Shown here piece after piece: positions 1-9,168 of a stretch of DNA of 64,000 nucleotides (position 1 is the first letter of the stretch; each line of letters starts with the position of its first letter). The position numbers were made by a program, and so were the translations under genes. The DNA comes from Candidatus Gottesmanbacteria bacterium UBA5942 (lineage in GTDB: Bacteria > Patescibacteriota > Microgenomatia > UBA10105 > UBA927), in contig DJCU01000035.1 in assembly GCA_002430725.1 (NCBI GenBank), positions 19,324 to 83,323 on the forward strand, in the 5' to 3' direction. The notes under the pieces are model-generated. The model did not search any database, was not told the DNA's origin, and saw nothing but the letters and a program-made list of their open reading frames with translations.

Positions 1-362
1 CGCTGGTATGCATCTGTTTTCTGTGCAGATGCATCTACCCGTATCCCCCCGTCATATATACACTCACTTTTATCGGATAACACACTTTTTATGAGTAAAT
101 TACTTGTCGTCCTTGGAGCCTGATGATGTTGGAGTGTATGGATTTGTATCTTCGCTGACTTCGTTCCTTTTACTAATCCCACAACAGTGGCAGACGAGCC
201 ATCACCCACTAGATGAACACTTGGCGTAAGATCAATTTCACCACTACTGACAACAAAATATACAAGTGTCAGATGAGCTGAAGCCGCGACCTTATAATCC
301 TCGCGAATTGTACCGCTTTCGATAGTGCGGACAATGAGCGTGTTTGTTTTAACTGATTTCAT
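1..362 (-). CDS. sufD: SufD-like Fe-S cluster assembly protein, partial (runs off window start)
   Basis: Not in the ORF track. Minus-strand ATG at 362 forms an ATGA overlap with the sufB stop. Translation MKSVKTNTLIVRT...APRTTSNLLIKSVLSDKSECIYDGGIRVDASAQKTDAYQ matches the SufB/SufD beta-helix signature. Open to window edge. Confidence 0.6.
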   Translation of the reverse strand, partial: MKSVKTNTLIVRTIESGTIREDYKVAASAHLTLVYFVVSSGEIDLTPSVHLVGDGSSATVVGLVKGTKSAKIQIHTLQHHQAPRTTSNLLIKSVLSDKSECIYDGGIRVDASAQKTDAYQ

Positions 363-1756
363 CCGACAGACCCCTCCATTTGTAATTGTATTAATCTGTT
401 CATTTCTACCGCGTATTCAAGTGGCAATTCTTTAACTATTGGTTCTATAAACCCGTTTACGATCATCGACTGCGCTATTTCCTTGGTCACTCCACGACTC
501 TGAAGATAAAAAAGCTGTTCGTCACCAATTTTGGATACCGTTGCTTCGTGCTCTATTTGCGTCCTCGCCTCACCGATTTTCATAGTGGGATATGTATCAG
601 ATCGTGAAGTTTCGTCCAGTATAAGCGCGTCACATACAACTTTTGATTTACAATCTTTTGCTCCAGCAAACACCTCTACCAAGCCGCGATACGATGTGCG
701 CCCACCCCCGCGACTTATCGACTTAGAAATTATCTGTGACGTTGTCTCCGAAGCATAGTGTACCGCTTTTCCACCAGCATCCTGATGCTGACCTGCGCCT
801 GCATACGCGATTGATAATACCTCGCCTCTCGCTTTCCGACCCATAAGGTAAACACTGGGGTATTTCATCGTGATTTTACTCCCCAGATTTCCATCCACCC
901 ATTCCATAGTGCCTTCTTCCTCTACTCTCGCACGCTTCGTGACCAAATTGTACACATTTGAGCTCCAATTTTGGATAGTGGTATAACGTACGCGTGCACC
1001 CTTTTTGACGATAATTTCTACTACCGCTGAGTGAAGAGAGTCTGTACTATAAATCGGTGCGGTGCACCCTTCCACATAGTGCACATAACTCCCTTCTTCC
1101 GCAATGATGAGTGTGCGTTCAAACTGTCCCATGTTAGCGGCGTTGATACGAAAATATGCTTGTAATGGCAAATCGACATGCACGCCACGAGGCACATATA
1201 CAAACGACCCTCCACTCCACACACATGTATTTAACGCGGCAAATTTATTATCTCCAGAAGGAATAACTGTTCCAAAATATTGTCGTACTAAATCAGGGTA
1301 TTCACGAAGTGCGGAATCCATATCAAGAAAAATAACTCCTTTTTTGGACAATGTAGACTGGATGCTTTTATACACCACTTCGCTTTCGTACTGCGCAGAT
1401 ACTCCTGACAAAAATTTTTTTTCGGCTTCCGGTATCCCGATCCTATCGTAGGTATCGCGTATTTCAGGGGGTAAATCCTCCCATTTGTTTGCCTTTTTGT
1501 CGGTGGGTCTTATGTAGTAATAAATATCATTAAAATCAATGGTTGAAAGATCAGCGCCCCACATTGGCATGCTTTTCATACCAAAAATTTTGTACGCCAT
1601 GAGCCTTCGCTCGCGCATCCATCGTGGTTCTCTTTTTTGATCACTGATGTTTGATACTACTGCCTCGTCCAAACCCTTGTTGGATTTAAACAAATAGTTT
1701 TCAGGCTTATGAAATCCGTATTTGTATCTGCTGCTTATCGGTGATTTTTGCCCCAT
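359..1756 (-). CDS. sufB: Fe-S cluster assembly protein SufB
   Basis: 465 aa. SufB motifs visible by eye, including the C-terminal FYLQSRGV...GFIEP signature. Downstream of sufC in the same operon. Confidence 0.9.
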   Translation of the reverse strand: MGQKSPISSRYKYGFHKPENYLFKSNKGLDEAVVSNISDQKREPRWMRERRLMAYKIFGMKSMPMWGADLSTIDFNDIYYYIRPTDKKANKWEDLPPEIRDTYDRIGIPEAEKKFLSGVSAQYESEVVYKSIQSTLSKKGVIFLDMDSALREYPDLVRQYFGTVIPSGDNKFAALNTCVWSGGSFVYVPRGVHVDLPLQAYFRINAANMGQFERTLIIAEEGSYVHYVEGCTAPIYSTDSLHSAVVEIIVKKGARVRYTTIQNWSSNVYNLVTKRARVEEEGTMEWVDGNLGSKITMKYPSVYLMGRKARGEVLSIAYAGAGQHQDAGGKAVHYASETTSQIISKSISRGGGRTSYRGLVEVFAGAKDCKSKVVCDALILDETSRSDTYPTMKIGEARTQIEHEATVSKIGDEQLFYLQSRGVTKEIAQSMIVNGFIEPIVKELPLEYAVEMNRLIQLQMEGSVG

Positions 1757-1784
1757 AGGTTATAGAAGAAAAACCAAAAATAAC

Positions 1785-2591
1785 TTACTTTATATACGCG
1801 CTATACCCGTGTTGTTCTATTTTTTTTGCTAATTTCGCGTCTCCACGATCTACCAACTTGCCCGCTACTAACACATGAACATAATCAGGGCGTGCATATC
1901 GGAGTATACGCTGATAATGAGTGATAATAAGCACTCCCACTCCATTTGCCCGCAGCACCTCAATCCCCTTTGATACAGAGCGCAATGCATCGACATCCAG
2001 GCCAGTATCTATTTCATCAAAAATTGCTGCCTTTCGGGGTAACACGAGCGCTTGAAGCATTTCAATTTTTTTCTTTTCTCCTCCCGAAAATCCCTCATGT
2101 ATACTTCTTCGCAATAGCTCCTCTGATAACCTTAGAGTTTTCGCGTGTTTTTGCACCATATCAGTAAACTCACCTATAGACATACCTCCTACCTGAAACC
2201 TGCGAGCGAGTGCAGGATTTTGTACAGAGGCTGCCTTTGTATTTTTTTGAGGTAAATGCGCTTCATAAGCCGTCCGAAGCAAATTCATGACAGTAACTCC
2301 AGGAATTGCGATAGGCGACTGAAATGCCAAAAATAATCCAGCAAGCGATCGTTTTTCAGGAGTCATGGGAAGGATATTTTTCCCATCGATCATAATCGAG
2401 GACTTTTTTTTACCTCTATTTGAAGTCTCATAAGCCGGATGCCCAAGAAGCACAGAAGCCAATGTCGATTTACCACTACCATTTGGCCCCATGATGGCGT
2501 GTACTTCACCTGCCTTCACAGTCATGGATAACCCATGCAATATCTCTTTTCCATCAACGCTTGCGTGTAAATTTGAAATAACAAGTTTCAT
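1785..2591 (-). CDS. sufC: Fe-S cluster assembly ATPase SufC
   Basis: 268 aa. Walker A GPNGSGKST and ABC signature LSGGEKKK. Immediately upstream of sufB. Confidence 0.9.
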   Translation of the reverse strand: MKLVISNLHASVDGKEILHGLSMTVKAGEVHAIMGPNGSGKSTLASVLLGHPAYETSNRGKKKSSIMIDGKNILPMTPEKRSLAGLFLAFQSPIAIPGVTVMNLLRTAYEAHLPQKNTKAASVQNPALARRFQVGGMSIGEFTDMVQKHAKTLRLSEELLRRSIHEGFSGGEKKKIEMLQALVLPRKAAIFDEIDTGLDVDALRSVSKGIEVLRANGVGVLIITHYQRILRYARPDYVHVLVAGKLVDRGDAKLAKKIEQHGYSAYIK

Positions 2592-3361
2592 AATCGATCA
2601 GAAATACGGTCATTTTTACCCATAAATATTTCGGTGACCCCACTGAAACGCTGGATAAAATATTCTTGCTTCAAAAACGGGTTACTTGGAACACTCAGAT
2701 GCTGCTCGATTTCTTCGATCTGACTCTGATGAGACCTAAGCGCGCTAATTTTTGCGGTCTTCACTCTGCTTATATCTATAACTGTGGTAATGCGCTTATC
2801 TTCAACCCCAATCATGGGCTTATCAAACGACTCTTCGGGAATATATTTTTTCTTCACAAAATAAGAAACGATGCTTTCTGGCATGCACCCGAAATACAAT
2901 TTCGGTGGATTATCGTCTGCCGGATTTAAGGCTTTTTTCTCCCATGCATATTTTTGAAACGCAAACGTAGTCGCAAGCGTAAGTTTTATATGGTCAGGAT
3001 GATTGGTAATACCTGCGGGTTCAAAGGTGAGCACAACATCTGGAACATATTCCATAAGTATGCGGGTAATTTTCTCCTCGATTTCCCCTGGGGGCATAGC
3101 ACTTAGCGCACCATCTTTATAATCCAAAAACTTCGTTGATCGAACACCGAGTGCGAGAGCAGCAGACTCCAATTCTTTTTGTCTGATCGAACCAAACTGT
3201 ACATCATCGATATCTTTATATTCCCCTCTCACCCCTTTTTCGCCGCGAGTCGCGCACACAAGGTCAGCTTGCCAACCAGCCTTCACGTATTTGGCGATAG
3301 TACCGCCCGCCATATAGGATTCATCATCCGGATGTGCAAATATCCCCAGTAGCTTCTTCAT
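2588..3361 (-). CDS. PIG-L/LmbE-family N-acetylglucosaminyl deacetylase
   Basis: N-terminal AHPDDES motif typical of LmbE-like deacetylases. 4-nt overlap with the sufC start. Confidence 0.7.
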   Translation of the reverse strand: MKKLLGIFAHPDDESYMAGGTIAKYVKAGWQADLVCATRGEKGVRGEYKDIDDVQFGSIRQKELESAALALGVRSTKFLDYKDGALSAMPPGEIEEKITRILMEYVPDVVLTFEPAGITNHPDHIKLTLATTFAFQKYAWEKKALNPADDNPPKLYFGCMPESIVSYFVKKKYIPEESFDKPMIGVEDKRITTVIDISRVKTAKISALRSHQSQIEEIEQHLSVPSNPFLKQEYFIQRFSGVTEIFMGKNDRISDRL

Positions 3362-3398
3362 GGGACGTATAGTAACCTATTTCACAAAAAAGAGAAAC

Positions 3399-3608
3399 TT
3401 ATTTCTTTACGGTGAGTATTTTAACCACCCAATATGCGGCAGCAACACCGATAAGCGTATAGGTTGCCCGCATCAACCATGGGTTCGTGCTAAATACGAC
3501 CTGCACGAGGTCAAATTGAAACACACCTACTAATCCCCAGTTTAACGCGCCAATGACAGTAAGTACCCACGCTGCCCATTCAAGCTCAGACATTTTTATT
3601 TTCATCAT
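3399..3608 (-). CDS. DUF378 small membrane protein
   Basis: 69 aa. ALNWGLVGVF motif and two TM segments, typical of DUF378. Confidence 0.6.
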   Translation of the reverse strand: MMKIKMSELEWAAWVLTVIGALNWGLVGVFQFDLVQVVFSTNPWLMRATYTLIGVAAAYWVVKILTVKK

Positions 3609-3656
3609 ATTTTTCCTCCTTTTGTCATCATATCATGAGTAGTGCACACAGCATGA

Positions 3657-4073
3657 TTGACTAATTCTTCCTATCTATTATTATATAAGCAATATATGAA
3701 ACTACGGGCAAAGATGCTTTCTGTCATTATTTGGTCAGAAAATCACGAGAAACTCGCCAAATGGTACGAGGATGTATTGGGCTTTACTGTCCGCGAGGTG
3801 ACGACACATCCCGATGACTCGTGTATTGGATTTGATTTCGGTGATACATATTTTTCTATCGGCAGACACGATAAAGTGCACGGAACTAATAAAGACCCAT
3901 ACCGCATCATGGTTGGTTTTCCGGTTGATAGCGTTTCTGCCGCGTACGAAGAAATAAAAGACAAAGACATCACGTGGATAGCTAAACCATTTCTCGCTCC
4001 AACTGGAGCTACGTGGTGTATGACTATTGCAGACCCCGAAGGAAATATCCTTCAATTTTTTGGCCAAAAATAA
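3657..4073 (+). CDS. VOC/glyoxalase-bleomycin resistance family protein
   Basis: WYEDVLGF ... GF.V.D ... DPEGN pattern of the VOC fold. The true start is probably an internal Met (around 3696-3714). Confidence 0.65.
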   Translation: MTNSSYLLLYKQYMKLRAKMLSVIIWSENHEKLAKWYEDVLGFTVREVTTHPDDSCIGFDFGDTYFSIGRHDKVHGTNKDPYRIMVGFPVDSVSAAYEEIKDKDITWIAKPFLAPTGATWCMTIADPEGNILQFFGQK

Positions 4074-4154
4074 TCCTCACAATCCGCAAAATTAAATAAA
4101 CACTAGCCAATACGCGTTTTATTTTGTACGATAAAATACAAGAAAGGAAGCATT

Positions 4155-4607
4155 ATGAAAAATAATATTCTGATAGTGTTGGCGCTTCTCGTTTTAGGAG
4201 CAGGAGCAATTTGGTTTGTCAGTCAATCGAGTCAACCAGCGGCTAGCGATACCGAACAATCAATGGGTGCAAGCACACCAGCACCTGTATCTGATTCGCA
4301 GGGTTCAACCGAAAACATAACCCCCGATGGCGTTCGAGAAATTACCATCGAAGGGAGTGAGTTTGCATTTTCTTTGAGTACTCTTGCTTTCAAAGTAGGG
4401 CAACCAGTACGACTAACATTTAAAAACGCGGGCGAGATGCCACACGACTGGGTCATCGATGAACTAGGCGTACGCACAAAAATAATTGAAAGCAATCAAG
4501 AAGATGTCATAGAATTTACTCCGGATAAAGCTGGAACTTTTGAATACTACTGTTCTGTCGGCAAACACAGAGAGATGGGCATGAAAGGCATGCTCACAGT
4601 GGAGTAA
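4155..4607 (+). CDS. cupredoxin (plastocyanin/azurin-like type-1 copper protein), membrane-anchored
   Basis: N-terminal signal/anchor. His in PHDW and the C-terminal YYCSVGKHREMGM give a C-x4-H-x2-M-x-M ligand set. Confidence 0.65.
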   Translation: MKNNILIVLALLVLGAGAIWFVSQSSQPAASDTEQSMGASTPAPVSDSQGSTENITPDGVREITIEGSEFAFSLSTLAFKVGQPVRLTFKNAGEMPHDWVIDELGVRTKIIESNQEDVIEFTPDKAGTFEYYCSVGKHREMGMKGMLTVE

Positions 4608-4636
4608 AAAACGTAGGGTACATTTACTATTGTCAT

Positions 4637-4668
4637 CAGCCTCCGAAAACAGGGGGCTGATGTTCTAT
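4637..4668. terminator. bidirectional intrinsic terminator between convergent genes
   Basis: Hairpin CAGCCUCC-gaaaaca-GGGGGCUG followed by a U-rich run, lying between the cupredoxin stop and the LAB_N stop. Confidence 0.5.
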
Positions 4669-4940
4669 TAGGGAGCTACAGTTTCTTTTTTGCGGAGCAC
4701 AATATTTCGTGCATAGATAAATAGAGCAAGAAATTGCGCGGTGATAAATACAATATCCTCTCGCTTGATAGCATATACCAAAATCATCACCGACCCGATG
4801 ATACTCAAGTACCAAAATGACAAAGGGATAACGCTCTTTTTTTCTTTTTCAGATGCCCACCATTGCACCGCAAACCGCAGAAAAAAAACAAATTGCGCGA
4901 GAAAACCAAATATTACCCAGGCATCAATGGTTATATTCAT
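4668..4940 (-). CDS. lipid-A-disaccharide synthase N-terminal domain (LAB_N) small membrane protein
   Basis: 90 aa with 3 TM segments and the WYL/FWYLSIIGS motif. This family typically partners with GT2 ArnC-like genes. Confidence 0.6.
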   Translation of the reverse strand: MNITIDAWVIFGFLAQFVFFLRFAVQWWASEKEKKSVIPLSFWYLSIIGSVMILVYAIKREDIVFITAQFLALFIYARNIVLRKKETVAP

Positions 4941-5865
4941 ATGTAATTATTTCTGAAACAGGTGACCGCCGCTGGTTGGTAGAAATACTGGTAATAAGCT
5001 CCCCCAGTAGTCCGGTGGATAATAATTGTAAACCAAACAACACAAACAACACACCAAAAAGCAACAACGGTCGTGTCCCTATACTCTGACCCATAAAATG
5101 GAGCACAGATAAATACCCAATAGCAAACGTTCCTGTTGCGATAAGTAATACCCCCGGAGGGCCAAATATCATAAGCGGCCGAGTACCGAATCCTGCTAAA
5201 AATAGCGTGGTGAGCAAATCAAATGCCGCAAAAATCCTCTCAAAACCAAACTTAGAAGTGCCATACTTACGCGGATGATGAACAATGGGAGTTTCCCCCA
5301 CTTTAAATCCTCTCGCGTATGCGAGTACTGGAACGAAACGATGTAACTCACCGTATAAATGTATCTCTTTGGCAACATCAGATTTCATCGCCTTCAATCC
5401 TGAATTCATATCATGAAGTCGAACTCCAGACGCCATAGCTACACCCCAGTTAAATAGATGTGACACGCCTAATTTACCACCCGAGTCTCTGCGCTTCCTC
5501 CGCCACCCCACTACCAGATCAAAGCCTTCGTCCAATTTTTTTATGAGTTTCGTGGCTTCAAATGGATCATCCTGTAAATCTGCATCTAGAGTAACGACTA
5601 CATCACCTGTTATATGGCGAAACCCTTCCGATAATGCCGCTGATTTCCCAGAACGCCTTCGAAGTCGAACAAGTGTTGCCTGGAAATTCATTTTTTTCCG
5701 AAGCGCAACCAATTTCTGAAACGAACCATCGGTGCTCCCATCATCCACAAAAACACACTCAAATACATAACCCCGAAATGCACGCGTGACTGCGTCAACA
5801 AGCTCACCTAAGCTTTCTTTTTCATTAAACAATGGCACAACAATGCTTACCTTACGTTGTTTCAT
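4924..5865 (-). CDS. family 2 glycosyltransferase (ArnC / dolichol-phosphate mannosyltransferase-like)
   Basis: VSIVVPLFNE...FVDDGSTDGS...LDADLQDDP GT2 motifs and a C-terminal TM pair. Overlaps the LAB_N start. Confidence 0.8.
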   Translation of the reverse strand: MKQRKVSIVVPLFNEKESLGELVDAVTRAFRGYVFECVFVDDGSTDGSFQKLVALRKKMNFQATLVRLRRRSGKSAALSEGFRHITGDVVVTLDADLQDDPFEATKLIKKLDEGFDLVVGWRRKRRDSGGKLGVSHLFNWGVAMASGVRLHDMNSGLKAMKSDVAKEIHLYGELHRFVPVLAYARGFKVGETPIVHHPRKYGTSKFGFERIFAAFDLLTTLFLAGFGTRPLMIFGPPGVLLIATGTFAIGYLSVLHFMGQSIGTRPLLLFGVLFVLFGLQLLSTGLLGELITSISTNQRRSPVSEIITYEYNH

Positions 5866-7358
5866 TTGTTTTTCCTTTCAAAGGCATAAAAATTTTCGTC
5901 TTGCGCTATCAATATATGATCAGAACTCTTTAACAAAGCTTCCACCGCTTGTTGTTGCTCATCCCCACTTGGCCATGCATATTGATCACCCAAGCGCACC
6001 ACTGCATAGTCGGCAGTCATCGCATGTACCGGAAAATTATATAAATATTTCCGCTTAGCAAAATGCGCCCCAATATCGTTTGTTGCCGATACAGTATACA
6101 TTGGTAGCAATCTATCTTCCACTTGCTTCATCGTATTTTTTTCCGGCAATCCCCAGATAAAGTAAAAAAACCTATCTTCACGAGTGAGAGGCAACTCACC
6201 CCACAAATATGATCCTAGTGCCATACAAAAAATCACCACACCTACCGGGTGTACATGTGCTCGCTTTTTTTTACCTCTATTCTGTAAAACGAATGAAACT
6301 ATATTTTTATAACCGTACACCGCGCTCACAAAAAGAAACGGAATAATATCGCTATTGTACTGGTAGTCAATTTGGCGCATCAGGGTGTAACTACTGAGCG
6401 TGTTTATCACTATACTATGAGCAGCAAACAGAAGAGCAAATGGCGAAAATATTGGTAAAAATCCAACCGGCAACAACAAGCGATAATAGTATTCCAGCCT
6501 ATCTGGTTGTATAAGCGTAAGAAATACCATATTGGGATGTCGAAGCACATTCCATACGACACTGGTTGCATTGTCGCCGTATTCAGAAAGATACTGCAGC
6601 GCGAAATGTTGTCCGCTTATCGTTACTGCAGGGATGGCATGCCAAAAAAGGTAATAAAATATAAAAAACGCCACCATAGCGACACTTCCTCCCAATACTT
6701 TTCTATTTTGCCATATCGCTATATACAAACCCATGAGTCCAACCGTAATCCAAACCGTTTCTTTTCCTAAGCCCGCAAAAAACGCAAATAATATAAATAA
6801 CCCATAGCGCTTATTAACCATGAACCAATACGCAAATAGCAAAAAAGTTGTGGCAAATGCTACTGCATGAAAATCGTGCAGCATGATGTGTTGAAGCGGC
6901 GGATACAGTAAATACGCAATAGAAAACAACAAACCAAAATATGGCGAACGAAGCTTGTCTTTCGCTATCCAATAAAGTGGTAACGCACCAAGACAAATAA
7001 TGATATTTTGAATAAGAATGAGCATTTTTGCGTCTTGCCACAGCATATAAAACGGCACCATAAAAATAAGAAGAAAGTCTGCATGCACCGCGAGCCTAGA
7101 AATATTTTCTGTTCCCATCGGGTCAGTAAGAGTAAACCCATTCCCATGTGCTAAATTCCACACCGTTTGCTCCATGTTTCCCATGTCTAGTCTTCGGGAA
7201 TGAAAATTATCGTGTCGATTAAAAGCGACATAAGAAAAATAAACTGAAAAAATGATGATAAACGACCAAAGGATAAACAAAGGAGAAATATGACGGAATA
7301 TAGCGCGTAGTAAATACATCAGTGCATGTGATAAATCAGTATGTGGAGTGTACCACAA
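5862..7358 (-). CDS. polytopic integral membrane protein, DUF2079-like (putative GT-C-type glycosyltransferase)
   Basis: 498 aa with more than 10 hydrophobic segments (VWNLAHGNGF, DFHAVAF) and a soluble C-terminal domain. ATGA overlap with the GT2 gene. Family assignment made from memory. Confidence 0.5.
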   Translation of the reverse strand: MWYTPHTDLSHALMYLLRAIFRHISPLFILWSFIIIFSVYFSYVAFNRHDNFHSRRLDMGNMEQTVWNLAHGNGFTLTDPMGTENISRLAVHADFLLIFMVPFYMLWQDAKMLILIQNIIICLGALPLYWIAKDKLRSPYFGLLFSIAYLLYPPLQHIMLHDFHAVAFATTFLLFAYWFMVNKRYGLFILFAFFAGLGKETVWITVGLMGLYIAIWQNRKVLGGSVAMVAFFIFYYLFWHAIPAVTISGQHFALQYLSEYGDNATSVVWNVLRHPNMVFLTLIQPDRLEYYYRLLLPVGFLPIFSPFALLFAAHSIVINTLSSYTLMRQIDYQYNSDIIPFLFVSAVYGYKNIVSFVLQNRGKKKRAHVHPVGVVIFCMALGSYLWGELPLTREDRFFYFIWGLPEKNTMKQVEDRLLPMYTVSATNDIGAHFAKRKYLYNFPVHAMTADYAVVRLGDQYAWPSGDEQQQAVEALLKSSDHILIAQDENFYAFERKNK

Positions 7359-7360
7359 GA

Positions 7361-8047
7361 TTACGTAACAACAACACTTATAGGCAAATGATCAGACGCT
7401 TGAGATGTCTCAGCCTGAAAATTTTTTATGGGGACATCGGCTGTGGTAAAAATATAATCCAGCTTCCATTCAACACTCTCTGGCTTACACACCTTACATC
7501 CATCTGGATACAGACACCATGATGGTGTATCGGACGCATCTGTATCTCCAAATGCCCGGCGCATAATCCCGATAGCTTCACTTTCTGGCAGAGCATTGAA
7601 GTCTCCCATAATAACAACTCTCTTTTTGGGTACTGCTTGTACCAAACTGGTTACCTGCTCTACTTGTACAGGTGAAGGCTGTTGATGAGCGTGAATAATA
7701 TGTACAGAAACAACATGTAATATGTTGCCAGCAATATCAATATCTGCTTGTACTGCGGTACGCGATTGTTCGCGAGACAAAACATGCGTGGTGTGTGTAA
7801 GAATGGGATATTTGCTAAGTACCGCGTTTCCGCGATATGCTTCTTGCTCACCATTGTTATAGCGCATGGAACGCGCGTATACATAGCTGTAACCCAATTT
7901 TTGTGCAATATATTGGGCTGTATTACTACCATCAGCCTGCTCCTCCACTTCTTGTAGCGCGACTATGTCAGCGCCTACTGAAGCAAGAAAATCAATAACG
8001 CCCGGTAAATATTTTCCTCCCCAAATATTCCATGACAACAATTTCAT
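7361..8047 (-). CDS. endonuclease/exonuclease/phosphatase (EEP) family protein
   Basis: LLSWNIWGG start, and SDH near the C-terminus (the catalytic His region of the EEP fold). Confidence 0.65.
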   Translation of the reverse strand: MKLLSWNIWGGKYLPGVIDFLASVGADIVALQEVEEQADGSNTAQYIAQKLGYSYVYARSMRYNNGEQEAYRGNAVLSKYPILTHTTHVLSREQSRTAVQADIDIAGNILHVVSVHIIHAHQQPSPVQVEQVTSLVQAVPKKRVVIMGDFNALPESEAIGIMRRAFGDTDASDTPSWCLYPDGCKVCKPESVEWKLDYIFTTADVPIKNFQAETSQASDHLPISVVVT

Positions 8048-8056
8048 AATGTTAAA

Positions 8057-8578
8057 CTACACCGTAAGCGTTTTTTGGTAATACGCGGTATTACGATACC
8101 CTTCATCAAGCACTCGAACCAGGATAAAACCATGTGATGCATATATATTTGTTAACTTTGGCTCATCAGCGTTTGTATCTACTCTTATCAGGGAAACGTC
8201 CGACATACGAGCGAGTTTTTCGGCATGCTCTATGAGTCGAGCGGGTAATCCAGTTCCTGCAAATTGACGGGATACACAAAGCCAATGGATATACAGCGCT
8301 TTCGCGGGCTTATTACCATCAATTATTTCCCACTGATTGCTATCGGTAATTTGTAATACCGCGGAAGCTGCCGGCACGCCATGTATCATCACGACATAAA
8401 ATTCTTCAGCTTTGACGAAACGCAGGAGAAATTCTGGAGTAAGATTTTTCTGTTGCCACCACTTGTTGGGGTTTTTGCCACTTTCTTCTAGCCATTTACT
8501 CGCTTCTTTCATAACGAGCAACGAACTCTTCATGTCACGTACGATAAGTATGTTGTCTGAGGCCTTCATGACGGTCAT
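8057..8578 (-). CDS. GNAT family N-acetyltransferase
   Basis: LYIHWLCVSRQFAGTGLPARLIEHAEKLA and YASHGF are consistent with an Acetyltransf_1 core. Confidence 0.55.
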   Translation of the reverse strand: MTVMKASDNILIVRDMKSSLLVMKEASKWLEESGKNPNKWWQQKNLTPEFLLRFVKAEEFYVVMIHGVPAASAVLQITDSNQWEIIDGNKPAKALYIHWLCVSRQFAGTGLPARLIEHAEKLARMSDVSLIRVDTNADEPKLTNIYASHGFILVRVLDEGYRNTAYYQKTLTV

Positions 8579-9150
8579 TTTCTCATGATGATGTTAAGCA
8601 ACTCTCCCCTGCCTTCCAGGGTAAAAGATGAATACACGACCAGTGGTAATCCATCCATTTCTTCACGAATAAATTCAAGTTGTTTGTGACGATCACCCAT
8701 TTTGAGTTTGTCTACTTTATTCGCTACTACGACAAATGGGATATTCGCGTTGGTTAACAGCATAACAGACTCTCTATCATAATCGGTGACCCCCACTTTA
8801 GCATCGATAATGAGGATTGCTATTTTGTGGTTTACTTCTGATCGAAACAAATACCATGCGATAAGTTTTCGGTAGTGCTCAAGCGCTTCATGACTTCTTT
8901 TAGCAAATCCGTACCCTGGAAGATCGACAAAAAAGAGTCGCTGCTCCACGAGGAAAAAATCAAGTTTTACCGTTTTACCTGGTCTACTACTGGATCTGGC
9001 AAGCTGCTTCCCGACAAGCGAGTTAATCAAGCTGGATTTCCCCACGTTGGAGCGACCTAAAAATGTTACCTTCGGCCTATTATCTTTGATAATGTCGTCA
9101 GTACCATTGATACTTTTGACATACATTGCATCGAGTTGTGGTTGTGGCAT
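8575..9150 (-). CDS. engB: ribosome biogenesis GTP-binding protein YihA/EngB
   Basis: FLGRSNVGKSSLINSL G1 motif and DLPGYG G3 motif. 191 aa. Confidence 0.85.
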   Translation of the reverse strand: MPQPQLDAMYVKSINGTDDIIKDNRPKVTFLGRSNVGKSSLINSLVGKQLARSSSRPGKTVKLDFFLVEQRLFFVDLPGYGFAKRSHEALEHYRKLIAWYLFRSEVNHKIAILIIDAKVGVTDYDRESVMLLTNANIPFVVVANKVDKLKMGDRHKQLEFIREEMDGLPLVVYSSFTLEGRGELLNIIMRK

Positions 9151-9168
9151 ACCTCCACAAAGTATACG

